Assembly (NCBI GenBank): GCA_964486995.1
Contig: CAZAOV010000006.1
Location: 166 to 64,165, forward strand
DNA: 64,000 nt
Source: an uncultured Gammaproteobacteria bacterium
GTDB lineage: Bacteria; Patescibacteriota; Patescibacteriia; SG8-24
Direction: 5' to 3'
Part shown: in pieces, positions 55,540 through 64,000 of the stretch
How positions within the stretch are numbered: the stretch's first letter is position 1
Layout: every line of letters begins with the position of its first letter
Notes under the pieces: model-generated
The model's database searches: none
Seen by the model: only the letters and a program-made list of their open reading frames with translations
What the model was told of the DNA's origin: nothing
Position numbers and translations under genes: made by a program

Positions 55540-58261
55540 TATGGACATGAAATACCATTCCTTGGATGTGGCTCAGATAATCGAGACCCTTAAGACGGAT
55601 CGAGATCGCGGTCTAAGCGAGTCGGATTCCCGAGAGCGGTTAGACAAAGTTGGGGCAAACGAATTGCCGAGCGGCAAAAAGAAAAGCCTGATGCTGCTAT
55701 TTTTGAATCAGTTTAACAGTCGACTGATCTATGTCTTATTCGCTGCCGCCGGGGTATCTATTGCGATGGGTAAGTATAATGATGCCTATGGAATTCTAAT
55801 CGCAGTTTTGCTCAATGCGGTGTTCGGTTTTTGGCAGGAACGAAAGGCAGAGGACGCCATCGCCAAGCTGCAGCAGATGGTGGTGCACGAAACCACGGTC
55901 ATACGGGACGGTGTGGCCAATCGTATTCCGTCTTCTATTTTGGTTCCCGGAGATATCGTCATGCTGGAAGAGGGGGATCGGGTGCCGGCTGACGCGAGGC
56001 TTATTTCTTGTAGGGATTTACGCATAAACGAGGCTGCGCTGACTGGTGAATCAAATTCCGTGCCGAAGAAGTCAGGCATCTTGTCCGAATCGGTGGAACG
56101 GCCGGATATGTCTAATATGGTTTGGATGGGCACCACTGCGGTGGCTGGTACAGCTCGAATTGTTATCGTTGCGACTGGAATCAGAACAGCTTTTGGCAGT
56201 ATCGCCACCTCGCTTCAGAGCATTAAGCAGGAAAAGGCACCGCTGGAGATTCGGGTTGACCGGCTAGGTCAGAAGTTAGGGATAATTTCAATTGTGTTGT
56301 CGGCCATAGTATTTTTGTTCGGGTGGCTGCAGGGAACTGAACTGATGGAGATGTTTTTCTTTGCCGTGGCACTGGTGGTGTCGGTGATTCCGGAAGGCTT
56401 GCCTGCAGTGCTGGCAGTGGTGCTGGCGATCGGCGTGCGCCGCATGGCCAAACGCAACGCCATCATTCGTCACGTTCCTTCGGTCGAGACTCTGGGTGTG
56501 GCCGATATAATTTGCACCGACAAAACCGGCACGTTGACCGAAAACAAGATGACCGTGCGTGAGCTGTTTGCTGACGGGCGATCGATTAGTGTCAGCGGTG
56601 AGGGCTGGAGGCCGGAGGGGAAGTTCACGCATGACGGTAAGAAGGTTCGTCCGGCTGAACATCACACGCTCAACATGATGCTAAAAGTCGCGACCTTGTG
56701 CAACAAGGCCGCATTGGCTAGGGAGGAGGGGCGAGATTCGATAATCGGTGACCCTACGGAAGGAGCCTTAGTTGTGCTGGGCGCCAAGGCCGGTCTGGAC
56801 AAGCACAGCCTATCCGGGGAATACGTTCTTATTGATGAAATTCCGTTCAGTTCCTCGCGGATGTATCGGGCCATATTAGTTGAAAATTGCACTCTAGAGG
56901 GGCAGTGTGAGCGACATATTTTTATTGTCGGTGCTTACGAGGTGCTAAAGGACCGGTCAGCTAGCGCTTCATTGGACGATGAATTGCGGGGGCTGGCTTC
57001 GGTGGGTTCAGATTTTGACGAGGCCAATAAGCGTATGGCTAGTGATGCCATGCGTGTGCTCGCCGTGGCTCACAAAACCGTCAATATTCAAAAGAACACG
57101 TTGGCCGATGCTGATATTCATGATTTGGTGTTGCTTGGCTTGGTGGGCATGATTGACCCGCCGCGCAAGGGTGTGGCCGAGTCCGTGGCTAAGGCGCGAC
57201 GTGCCGGTGTGCGCATTATTATGGCGACCGGTGACCAGTTGCCGACTGCTTCGGCAATAGCTAGAGAGGTAGGCATCACTGACGGTTGTCGGGATGAAGA
57301 ATGTCATGGCATATATACCGATAGTGACGTAGCGAAGATGTCAGATGAGGAGTTTATGGATGCCTTGCGGAACGCGACAATCTTTGCTCGTGTTTCGCCG
57401 AGCACCAAGCTGAGAATAGTTGGTGCGCTTCAGGATATGGGGCACACGGTCGCCATGACGGGTGACGGGGTGAATGACGCCCCGGCGTTGAAGCGCGCGG
57501 CGATTGGAGTTTCGATGGGCATAACCGGCACCGATGTGTCGAAGGAAGTTTCGGATATGGTTTTGGCGGACGATAATTTTACCTCGATTCTGAACGCGAT
57601 AGAAGAAGGGCGGATTATTTTCCGCAATGTAAAGAATACGGTTGCCTATCTCGTGATGACTAATGCGGGCGAGGTAATCACTGTTCTCGCAAGCATGGTA
57701 ATGGGGATGCCGCTTCCGCTGCTTCCGGCACAGATTTTGTGGATGAATTTGGTGACCGATAGTTTTCCGGTCGTATCATTGGCTACTGAGCAGCGTCGGG
57801 GGCATGTGCTGGAAGAACCGCCGCGCGATCGAACCGCACCGATTTTATCACGTGGGGTAATCACATTGACCCTGCTCACCTCCAGTTTGATGTGTATCGG
57901 TACCTTGCTGCTGTTTTGGTCGGCGCTTGGAGGGCGCGGAATTGAGTATGCGCGGTCGGTGGCGTTTACGACCATGGCCATGTTTCAGCTCTGGAACGTC
58001 TTTAACATGCGGTCAAATCAGGATTCGCTATTCAAGATTGGTATTTTGAGCAATCGGTGGGTGGCGCTGGCGGTGACGGCTTCGCTGTCGCTGCAGTTTG
58101 CCGTACTGTATTTGCCTTTCTTGCAGAATGTATTCCAGACTGTTCCGCTGGATTGGCAGCATTGGGCGATGATTACCGTGATATCTAGTTCGGTTTTGTT
58201 TGTGGTTGAGGGGTATAAGTGGTTGTTGCGAAAACATGCCTTGTCGGACAGATGGAGATAG
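55526..58261 (+). CDS. Cation-transporting P-type ATPase (type IIA, Ca2+-like)
   Basis: LTGES, IPEGL, DKTGT, GDPTE, TGD, GDGVND motifs. Confidence 0.95.
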   Translation: MAQRDMDMKYHSLDVAQIIETLKTDRDRGLSESDSRERLDKVGANELPSGKKKSLMLLFLNQFNSRLIYVLFAAAGVSIAMGKYNDAYGILIAVLLNAVFGFWQERKAEDAIAKLQQMVVHETTVIRDGVANRIPSSILVPGDIVMLEEGDRVPADARLISCRDLRINEAALTGESNSVPKKSGILSESVERPDMSNMVWMGTTAVAGTARIVIVATGIRTAFGSIATSLQSIKQEKAPLEIRVDRLGQKLGIISIVLSAIVFLFGWLQGTELMEMFFFAVALVVSVIPEGLPAVLAVVLAIGVRRMAKRNAIIRHVPSVETLGVADIICTDKTGTLTENKMTVRELFADGRSISVSGEGWRPEGKFTHDGKKVRPAEHHTLNMMLKVATLCNKAALAREEGRDSIIGDPTEGALVVLGAKAGLDKHSLSGEYVLIDEIPFSSSRMYRAILVENCTLEGQCERHIFIVGAYEVLKDRSASASLDDELRGLASVGSDFDEANKRMASDAMRVLAVAHKTVNIQKNTLADADIHDLVLLGLVGMIDPPRKGVAESVAKARRAGVRIIMATGDQLPTASAIAREVGITDGCRDEECHGIYTDSDVAKMSDEEFMDALRNATIFARVSPSTKLRIVGALQDMGHTVAMTGDGVNDAPALKRAAIGVSMGITGTDVSKEVSDMVLADDNFTSILNAIEEGRIIFRNVKNTVAYLVMTNAGEVITVLASMVMGMPLPLLPAQILWMNLVTDSFPVVSLATEQRRGHVLEEPPRDRTAPILSRGVITLTLLTSSLMCIGTLLLFWSALGGRGIEYARSVAFTTMAMFQLWNVFNMRSNQDSLFKIGILSNRWVALAVTASLSLQFAVLYLPFLQNVFQTVPLDWQHWAMITVISSSVLFVVEGYKWLLRKHALSDRWR

Positions 58262-58352
58262 TAGAATAAATAATCGGCATCATGAGGTGTCGGTTTTTTA
58301 AATTGGGATAACGTCTTCTGTCTTGAGTCTTTAATCCCCGTTGTCGTCCCCT

Positions 58353-58485
58353 AAGATGAACGCGCTTACCTGAAAAACAGTCAGAATTGTTTTAAGGCGG
58401 ACACTCTCCAAAACAAGTCTGACTGTTTTTCAGCGTTTTTCGATCCGTGGCGGCCGTGACTGAGCAAGTACGTAAATGAAACTCC
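58353..58485. repeat. Palindromic repeat element, copy C (core inverted)
   Basis: Arms 58373-58393 and 58410-58430; core aaggcggacactctcc matches the reverse complement of the copy B core at 13/16. Confidence 0.9.
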
Positions 58486-58533
58486 ATTTATGCCAATAAA
58501 AAAACCGCCACCACCAGGTGACGGTTTAAGTTT

Positions 58534-59163
58534 TTACAGCGATGGCATGGGCGGCAGTCTATCTCCCAACTTCCGCTTCGCCAGTTTTTTTTCGAATCGC
58601 GTGAACTCTTCTTTGGTGATGCGCATTTCAAAGATTGATGTCGCAGTAATATACACGACAAATCCCAATGGCATAAGCAGCAGTGTCCACAGCAGGTCAT
58701 AGCTCGATTCGCCCACATTGAGCCAACCCGCTACACTAGCGCAGACGGACAACGTCAGTACGCCGGCGCTGATTGGCAGGGCTCGTTCGCGGCGCTCGTC
58801 TTCAGCGTATTTTACCGCTTGCACTTCCGCGTATCCTCTATAGAGACCAAGCGGCACCAGAGTCACGCTCATCCCGAGCAATATCCACCAGAATCCAGGC
58901 AGCAACCCAATCAGCAGTCCGGCAACCGCGCCGATCCCCATTGGCTTGACGCTATTCGGGTACGTGCGGTACCCGTGCATCGCTGCCCAAGCTAGGATAC
59001 CGCCAAAAATCGGCGCCATAATCATGGTTAGCATCATGAACCGACACGAGCCGGCAATTATCACGCCAATCACGCCGAGCATGAGCCCGACGAGCGCACC
59101 AACAGCGGCGAACGCTTTTGGGTCGCCAAGTTCAGTCAGTTGCGTCTCGATATTATCGTTCAT
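58534..59163 (-). CDS. Multi-TM membrane protein
   Basis: About six hydrophobic segments; SD AAGGA; promoter TTGACA-N17-TATTTT at 59206-59234. Confidence 0.72.
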   Translation of the reverse strand: MNDNIETQLTELGDPKAFAAVGALVGLMLGVIGVIIAGSCRFMMLTMIMAPIFGGILAWAAMHGYRTYPNSVKPMGIGAVAGLLIGLLPGFWWILLGMSVTLVPLGLYRGYAEVQAVKYAEDERRERALPISAGVLTLSVCASVAGWLNVGESSYDLLWTLLLMPLGFVVYITATSIFEMRITKEEFTRFEKKLAKRKLGDRLPPMPSL

Positions 59164-59310
59164 TTCAAGTTCCTTTCCTGTTTTAAAGGGTGTAAAGAAC
59201 CGCTAAAAATAGCATAAAATAGCTATTTTGTCAACATCACCTTAATTTCTGCACCTCACTCCATACTGTCTAATTATGGTAAAATTAATGTAATAATAGC
59301 TAAAAAACTT

Positions 59311-59757
59311 ATGTCTAAAAGCAATAAGATTCCGCACATCACGTGCGAACATCTACAAGAAATTAAAGAGGAAGACGGACCAGATCACGCCGTCATCGAT
59401 GTCCGTGACACCACTGAGTTTGATGCTGGGCATATCGAGGGCTCGCACAATGTACCGCGGCGCGAACTCACAAAAAACATCGAAAGCGTAGTGCCGCATA
59501 AGTTGCACCGCGTGATTGTTGTGGTCGGGATTACCGAAGAACCTGAAATCGAATATATACACGATGAGCTCACCCAGCTGGGCTACGAGAGCGTCGAGTT
59601 TCTGGCCGGCGGTTTTGACAAGTGGTGCGAGATTGCCATGCCCACGGTTGAAGACGTGCTTGGTGAGGAGACACCGGAAGAAGCCGGCATGCGTGGCGAC
59701 GGCACCGATGATTATGAGGGCGAAGATTTGGAAGAGAAGAACGAACCGTTGTTGTAA
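59311..59757 (+). CDS. Rhodanese-like domain protein with acidic tail (no catalytic Cys)
   Basis: VIDVR...EFDAGHIEGS...LGY...LAGGFDKW. Confidence 0.85.
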   Translation: MSKSNKIPHITCEHLQEIKEEDGPDHAVIDVRDTTEFDAGHIEGSHNVPRRELTKNIESVVPHKLHRVIVVVGITEEPEIEYIHDELTQLGYESVEFLAGGFDKWCEIAMPTVEDVLGEETPEEAGMRGDGTDDYEGEDLEEKNEPLL

Positions 59758-59760
59758 ACA

Positions 59761-61116
59761 ATGAACGACGCACATAAAAAACTTCACGGTGATGACTCGG
59801 GTGTTCAGCATGAGTTGCCTTCGTATATCACCGAGCTGCCGCAGGCGAGACCGCACATTCACGAAACGCGGGTTTTTCCGGAAGGTTTTTTATGGGGTGC
59901 GGCTACTTCTGCGCATCAAGTGGAGGGTCATAATAACAAGAACGACTGGTGGCGGTGGGAGCAGAATGGACGCGTATTGGACAAACAGGTGTCAGGCGAC
60001 GCCTGCGATCATTACTGTCGATACGAAAGTGATTTTGATTTGGCGGCTGAGATGGGGAATAACGCCCATAGATTGTCTATCGAATGGAGTCGTATCGAGC
60101 CGGTCGAGGGCGAATTCAACATGGACGAGGTTCTGCATTATCGACAGGTACTAGAAGCCCTTAAGAAGCGCGGCATCAAGACTATGGTTACATTGTGGCA
60201 CTTTACGTTGCCAGCTTGGTTCGCAGATCAAGGCGGATGGTTAAGTCCGAGTGCGGTAAAAAAATTTAAACGCTATGTCGAATTTATCGCACGTGAACTT
60301 GGAGACCAGGTTGATATCTGGAATACCATCAACGAACCCATGATTTATTTGGGGCAGACTTATGGCACTGGAGCTTGGCCGCCGGGCACCAAAAGTAGCT
60401 GGAAATTTTTTTGTGCTTTCGTGAGGCTGGTAAAAGCACATAAAAACGCATATCGAGTGCTGCATGACAGCTTGGATACCGAGAACAGTCAAATCCAGGT
60501 CGGCATCGCCAAGAACGTAGTAACCTACGAACCGTATCGACGCTACTCTGAAATTGACGCGGTGTTTATTAGGTTAATGGATCGCCTATTTAATCATCAG
60601 TTCTTTGTTTGGACTAAGGGGTATCATGATTTCATCGGCATCAACTATTATTTTCACTACCGCGTGAAAACCCGCCCCTCTAAGGCATCGGAGTTTTTCT
60701 TTGAGGTGCATACCGAGAACCGCGAGGTAAGTGATTTGGGCTGGGAAGTTCATCCACCGGGAATATTTGAGGCATTGATGGCATTTACCCGCTACAAGCT
60801 TCCTATATATATAACCGAGAACGGTATCGCTAGCGCGGACGACGGCAAGCGGCCACGGTTTTTAGTCTCGATGATAAAAGAGGTGTACCACGCCATTAAG
60901 GCCGGGGCTGACGTGCGCGGCTATTTTCACTGGTCATTGCTAGATAATTTCGAATGGGAAAAGGGTTTCGCCGGTCGGTTTGGGCTGGTGGCCGTGGATT
61001 TCCGAACACAGAAACGTACGCCACGCCGCAGTTATTTCGTGTATCAAGATATTTGCCAGAACAACGGCCTGCGACATGACCTGCTGAAGTTCGCCGGACA
61101 CGGCGTGCGCTGGTGA
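59761..61116 (+). CDS. Glycoside hydrolase family 1
   Basis: FPEGFLWGAATSAHQVEG, TINEP, YITENG, WSLLDNFEW. Confidence 0.95.
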   Translation: MNDAHKKLHGDDSGVQHELPSYITELPQARPHIHETRVFPEGFLWGAATSAHQVEGHNNKNDWWRWEQNGRVLDKQVSGDACDHYCRYESDFDLAAEMGNNAHRLSIEWSRIEPVEGEFNMDEVLHYRQVLEALKKRGIKTMVTLWHFTLPAWFADQGGWLSPSAVKKFKRYVEFIARELGDQVDIWNTINEPMIYLGQTYGTGAWPPGTKSSWKFFCAFVRLVKAHKNAYRVLHDSLDTENSQIQVGIAKNVVTYEPYRRYSEIDAVFIRLMDRLFNHQFFVWTKGYHDFIGINYYFHYRVKTRPSKASEFFFEVHTENREVSDLGWEVHPPGIFEALMAFTRYKLPIYITENGIASADDGKRPRFLVSMIKEVYHAIKAGADVRGYFHWSLLDNFEWEKGFAGRFGLVAVDFRTQKRTPRRSYFVYQDICQNNGLRHDLLKFAGHGVRW

Positions 61117-61203
61117 ACAGGTTTTAACTAGATAGTTATCCACTTTTTGGTCCCTGGCACCTATTTTGGGGATAAAAAAGCTCCCGTGTCGGGGAGCGAT
61201 TGA

Positions 61204-61548
61204 TTAGCGCAGATAGGTGTGCGTCCACATGAAAATATGCACTAGAGTCGGGATAGCATACACCACCAGCAAGAACATCATGCCGTAGTAGGCATATGCG
61301 TAGCGCCTCCAAGCGAAGTAGATTAGAAACGCGGCCGCGGCGGTGATGCCCAGGGTCTTGATTCCGATGAATAGACTGCTGTCATACTGGACTATATAAG
61401 CCATGAACGGATTGGCTTCCTCAGCTCCGAGCTGAATCCAGTATAGAGTGGCGAACGCGTCTAGAACGTTCAATGCAATCAGCCCGAAGGCCATTAAGGC
61501 CATGAGCCACACGCGAGGCTGTCTCGCCAGAAGAGCCGGTTGTGACAC
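61204..61548 (-). CDS. DUF5658-like membrane protein
   Basis: LNVLDAFAT...GAEEANPFM...K motif; GTG 61548 with GGAG; promoter TTGACT-N17-TAAGTT at 61582-61610. Confidence 0.7.
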   Translation of the reverse strand: MSQPALLARQPRVWLMALMAFGLIALNVLDAFATLYWIQLGAEEANPFMAYIVQYDSSLFIGIKTLGITAAAAFLIYFAWRRYAYAYYGMMFLLVVYAIPTLVHIFMWTHTYLR

Positions 61549-61624
61549 TGCGGGTCTCCAATCATAAAAGGGCAATATCGAAACTTAACAGCCAATATTT
61601 TTTCAGTCAACTAACGAGAGCAAC

Positions 61625-62968
61625 ATGCAACTGACATTTTATGGTGCGGCCGGAGAAGTAACCGGCTCAAAAACCCTCATCGAAACCGGCGGCAAACGTT
61701 ATCTTATTGATTGCGGCTTGTTTCACGGTGAGTCCAGCGATCGGAACGAGGAAGATTTCGGATTTGACGTGAAGTCGGTGGACGCGGTTATCGTCACACA
61801 CGCTCATCTAGATCACATTGGTCTGATACCAAAGATGGTCAAAGAGGGTTATCGCGGACCGATATACGCCACCGAACCCACGCGATTAATTTCTCTTCGC
61901 ATGTGGGAAGATGCGGCCAAGGTGCAGGCCGAAGAGACTGAGGGCGGCGGTCATAAAATATACGATTTGGGCGATGTAAAGCAAGCTTATAAGCAGACGT
62001 CGGGTGTTGGCTACGGTGAGTGGCTGAATTTACCCGGCAACACCGAAGTGCGCTTCCGTGACGCCGGTCATATTTTAGGTTCGGCGTTTGTGGAATTCAG
62101 GGCTGAAGGACAGACCGTAGTATTCTCAGGTGACGTCGGCAATGACGATGTGCCGATTTTGAAGAATACCGAGTCACTTGATGATGCAGATGTGGTAATT
62201 ATGGAATCGACTTATGGGGCACGTATTCATGAGGATGCTATTGGTCGGTCTGAGCTGTTGAAGCGAGCGATTCAGGATGCGGTCGTCAGGCATGGAACAT
62301 TGCTGATTCCAGCCTTTTCATTGGAACGAACCCAAGAGATTCTATACGAAATGAATGGCATGATTGAGGGCGGTTCGCTTCAGAAAGTTCCGGTTTTTTT
62401 GGACGGACCATTGGCCATTGATTTACTGCCCATATTTCGTCAGTTTCCGGAGTTATATGATAAGGAGGCCACATTGACCCACGCCGTAGGTGATGATTTT
62501 TTCCGTTTTCCCGGTTTGAAAATTACCCGGCACGGCAAGGAATCGTATAGGATTGATGGTGTGGCGCCGCCAAAAGTCATTATCGCTGGTTCTGGTATGA
62601 TGGGCGGCGGTCGTATCGTGCGGCATCTGGCCAAGTATTTACCGAGCGAAAAAAATATGGTGCTTATAGTTGGATATCAAGCATCAGGTACGCGCGGTCG
62701 AGAAATATTGGATGGCGCGTCTGTGGTTGATATAGATGAGGAACAGGTGTCGGTGAATGCCGAAATTAGAATCATCAACGCCTACTCCGCGCACGGCGAC
62801 AAAGACAAGCTTGTCCGCTGGCTCGGTACGGCCAAACGAAAACCAAAGAAAGTCTTCCTGAATCATGGCGAGCAGGATCAGTCAGAGAAGCTGGCCGAGG
62901 TGATACATTCCGGTGACCATGCGGACCAAGCGATTGTGCCGGCTGAAGGCACGACATACGAGCTCTAA
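61625..62968 (+). CDS. MBL-fold beta-CASP nuclease
   Basis: GAAGEVTGS, THAHLDHIG, AGHILGS, SGD, MESTYG, YSAHGD, NHGE. Confidence 0.93.
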   Translation: MQLTFYGAAGEVTGSKTLIETGGKRYLIDCGLFHGESSDRNEEDFGFDVKSVDAVIVTHAHLDHIGLIPKMVKEGYRGPIYATEPTRLISLRMWEDAAKVQAEETEGGGHKIYDLGDVKQAYKQTSGVGYGEWLNLPGNTEVRFRDAGHILGSAFVEFRAEGQTVVFSGDVGNDDVPILKNTESLDDADVVIMESTYGARIHEDAIGRSELLKRAIQDAVVRHGTLLIPAFSLERTQEILYEMNGMIEGGSLQKVPVFLDGPLAIDLLPIFRQFPELYDKEATLTHAVGDDFFRFPGLKITRHGKESYRIDGVAPPKVIIAGSGMMGGGRIVRHLAKYLPSEKNMVLIVGYQASGTRGREILDGASVVDIDEEQVSVNAEIRIINAYSAHGDKDKLVRWLGTAKRKPKKVFLNHGEQDQSEKLAEVIHSGDHADQAIVPAEGTTYEL

Positions 62969-63023
62969 AAAAGTCAGATAGTTTTTGCTGAAGCACGGCT
63001 TTAAAAACCGTCAGACTTATTTT
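62967..63023. repeat. Degenerate palindromic repeat element, copy D
   Basis: aaaaaagtcagatagttttt, 16-nt core, aaaaaccgtcagacttatttt. Confidence 0.5.
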
Positions 63024-63071
63024 TGACAAACACTAATAAAAAAGAGACCGACAGAAGCGGTCCCCGCTTTG

Positions 63072-63683
63072 TTACCTGAGAGCCACCAACCAGCAGTCCG
63101 ACTCATCACGCAGCGGCCCGATAGGGAAGGCGCGGGGCAGTAGATTAACCCAATCGCCCAGCATGCGCATTTTTCCGCTCGCACCGGCCAGGGAGAAGCC
63201 GACGTAAAGCAGTAATACCAGATGATTTAGGCGACTAGCTTTATTCCAAGCGTTAATGCCCACTTTATTCCAAATCCATTTGCCGATTCCGCCCCATATT
63301 GCGGGCGAGAGCGGTTCCCAAATGTGCTGATCGAATATTAACTGCATGCGGTCGGCGCGGTTATAATGAACGGCGCATCGCATATCTGCAACGCAGTCAG
63401 GTTCGATTATAGTCACTTTGGGTTGTTTGCAGGCCTGTGAAATGGAAATCGTTTGTATTCGATTGACTTTCTCTCTGGTGACTTTTGTGATAACCCGCTG
63501 TGCCTCTTCGCGCAGACGGCGGCTATTTTTGGTCAATTCATAGCGGCCGGTTTGACCCATTAGGATAAACGGACCAAGTTTTCGATAGGTGTGCCGTACT
63601 TCAGAAAGCGTTCCAAAATTGACTGCTTCTTGTTCAAGGAACTCCAAAAGAATATTTGGCTCGGGAACATAATCCAAACCCAT
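63072..63683 (-). CDS. Hypothetical protein, paralog of 43336-43998
   Basis: SD GGAGGT; shared C-terminal Y...A...LG-x-x-V-x-x-x-P-x-A-x-P-x-G motif. Confidence 0.72.
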   Translation of the reverse strand: MGLDYVPEPNILLEFLEQEAVNFGTLSEVRHTYRKLGPFILMGQTGRYELTKNSRRLREEAQRVITKVTREKVNRIQTISISQACKQPKVTIIEPDCVADMRCAVHYNRADRMQLIFDQHIWEPLSPAIWGGIGKWIWNKVGINAWNKASRLNHLVLLLYVGFSLAGASGKMRMLGDWVNLLPRAFPIGPLRDESDCWLVALR

Positions 63684-63878
63684 GCCGCACCTCCATTCTT
63701 ACTTATAAACCATAGCATTTAGGGCAAATTTTGAGTGATAGATGTTGTGCATAATTATCTCGACTAAAAAAGCAGCTAAGCCGCCCCTGTTCTTTTGGTG
63801 CAAAGTACTGGCTCACAATAGCAGCTTGCATGACTGATTCTTTTTTATGGGGCTTTACGGCGCTGCCTCGCGTTAGCG

Positions 63879-63907
63879 TTGACTTGGAAGGTTTTTGTCA
63901 GTATAAT
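63879..63907 (+). promoter_or_regulatory. Strong sigma70 promoter TTGACT-N17-TATAAT
   Basis: Near-perfect consensus, followed by a structured transcript that runs off the window end. Confidence 0.8.
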
Positions 63908-64000
63908 AATGAAGCTCTGCGGGAAACTCGCTCGCGAGATCAGAGCAGACAATTCACCGTAAGATACTATCCCCTAGTGGTCCGCCCACTAGGCGGTTGA

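Overview
Bacterial chromosomal window that looks like a Patescibacteria/CPR genome (possibly ABY1/Uhrbacteria-like). This is inferred from gene content and from Shine-Dalgarno-less, AT-rich starts of the core genes. Recognisable genes: YdcF, cobO, htrA, ECF sigma/anti-sigma, uppP, HMG-CoA reductase, rarA, ftsI, murF, LonC-type protease, dCMP deaminase, mscL, a frameshifted vsr, rlmN, clpP, coaD, SPFH, pilin, two divergent sigma70-family factors, thpR, Ca/Na antiporter, P-type ATPase, GH1 and an MBL/beta-CASP nuclease. There are three tRNAs (Pro-CGG, Glu-TTC, Glu-CTC). No integrase, transposase, rRNA or CRISPR array was seen. Main observations: (1) The genes fall into two expression classes. 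Conserved CPR-type genes lack SD sequences. About 25 interspersed, mostly monocistronic genes carry strong SD motifs, and usually a TTGAC-N16/17-TAnnnT promoter. These include both sigma factors, ClpP, LonC, CoaD, HMG-CoA reductase and several unknown paralog families. (2) A dispersed palindromic element (21-bp arm, 16-bp core, 21-bp arm) has its core inverted between two copies with identical left flanks. (3) An 851-aa PI3/4-kinase/HipA-like protein, a Cys-rich secreted zincin, several unrecognised paralog families, and many highly structured intergenic regions. All calls were made by eye; no database searches were run.
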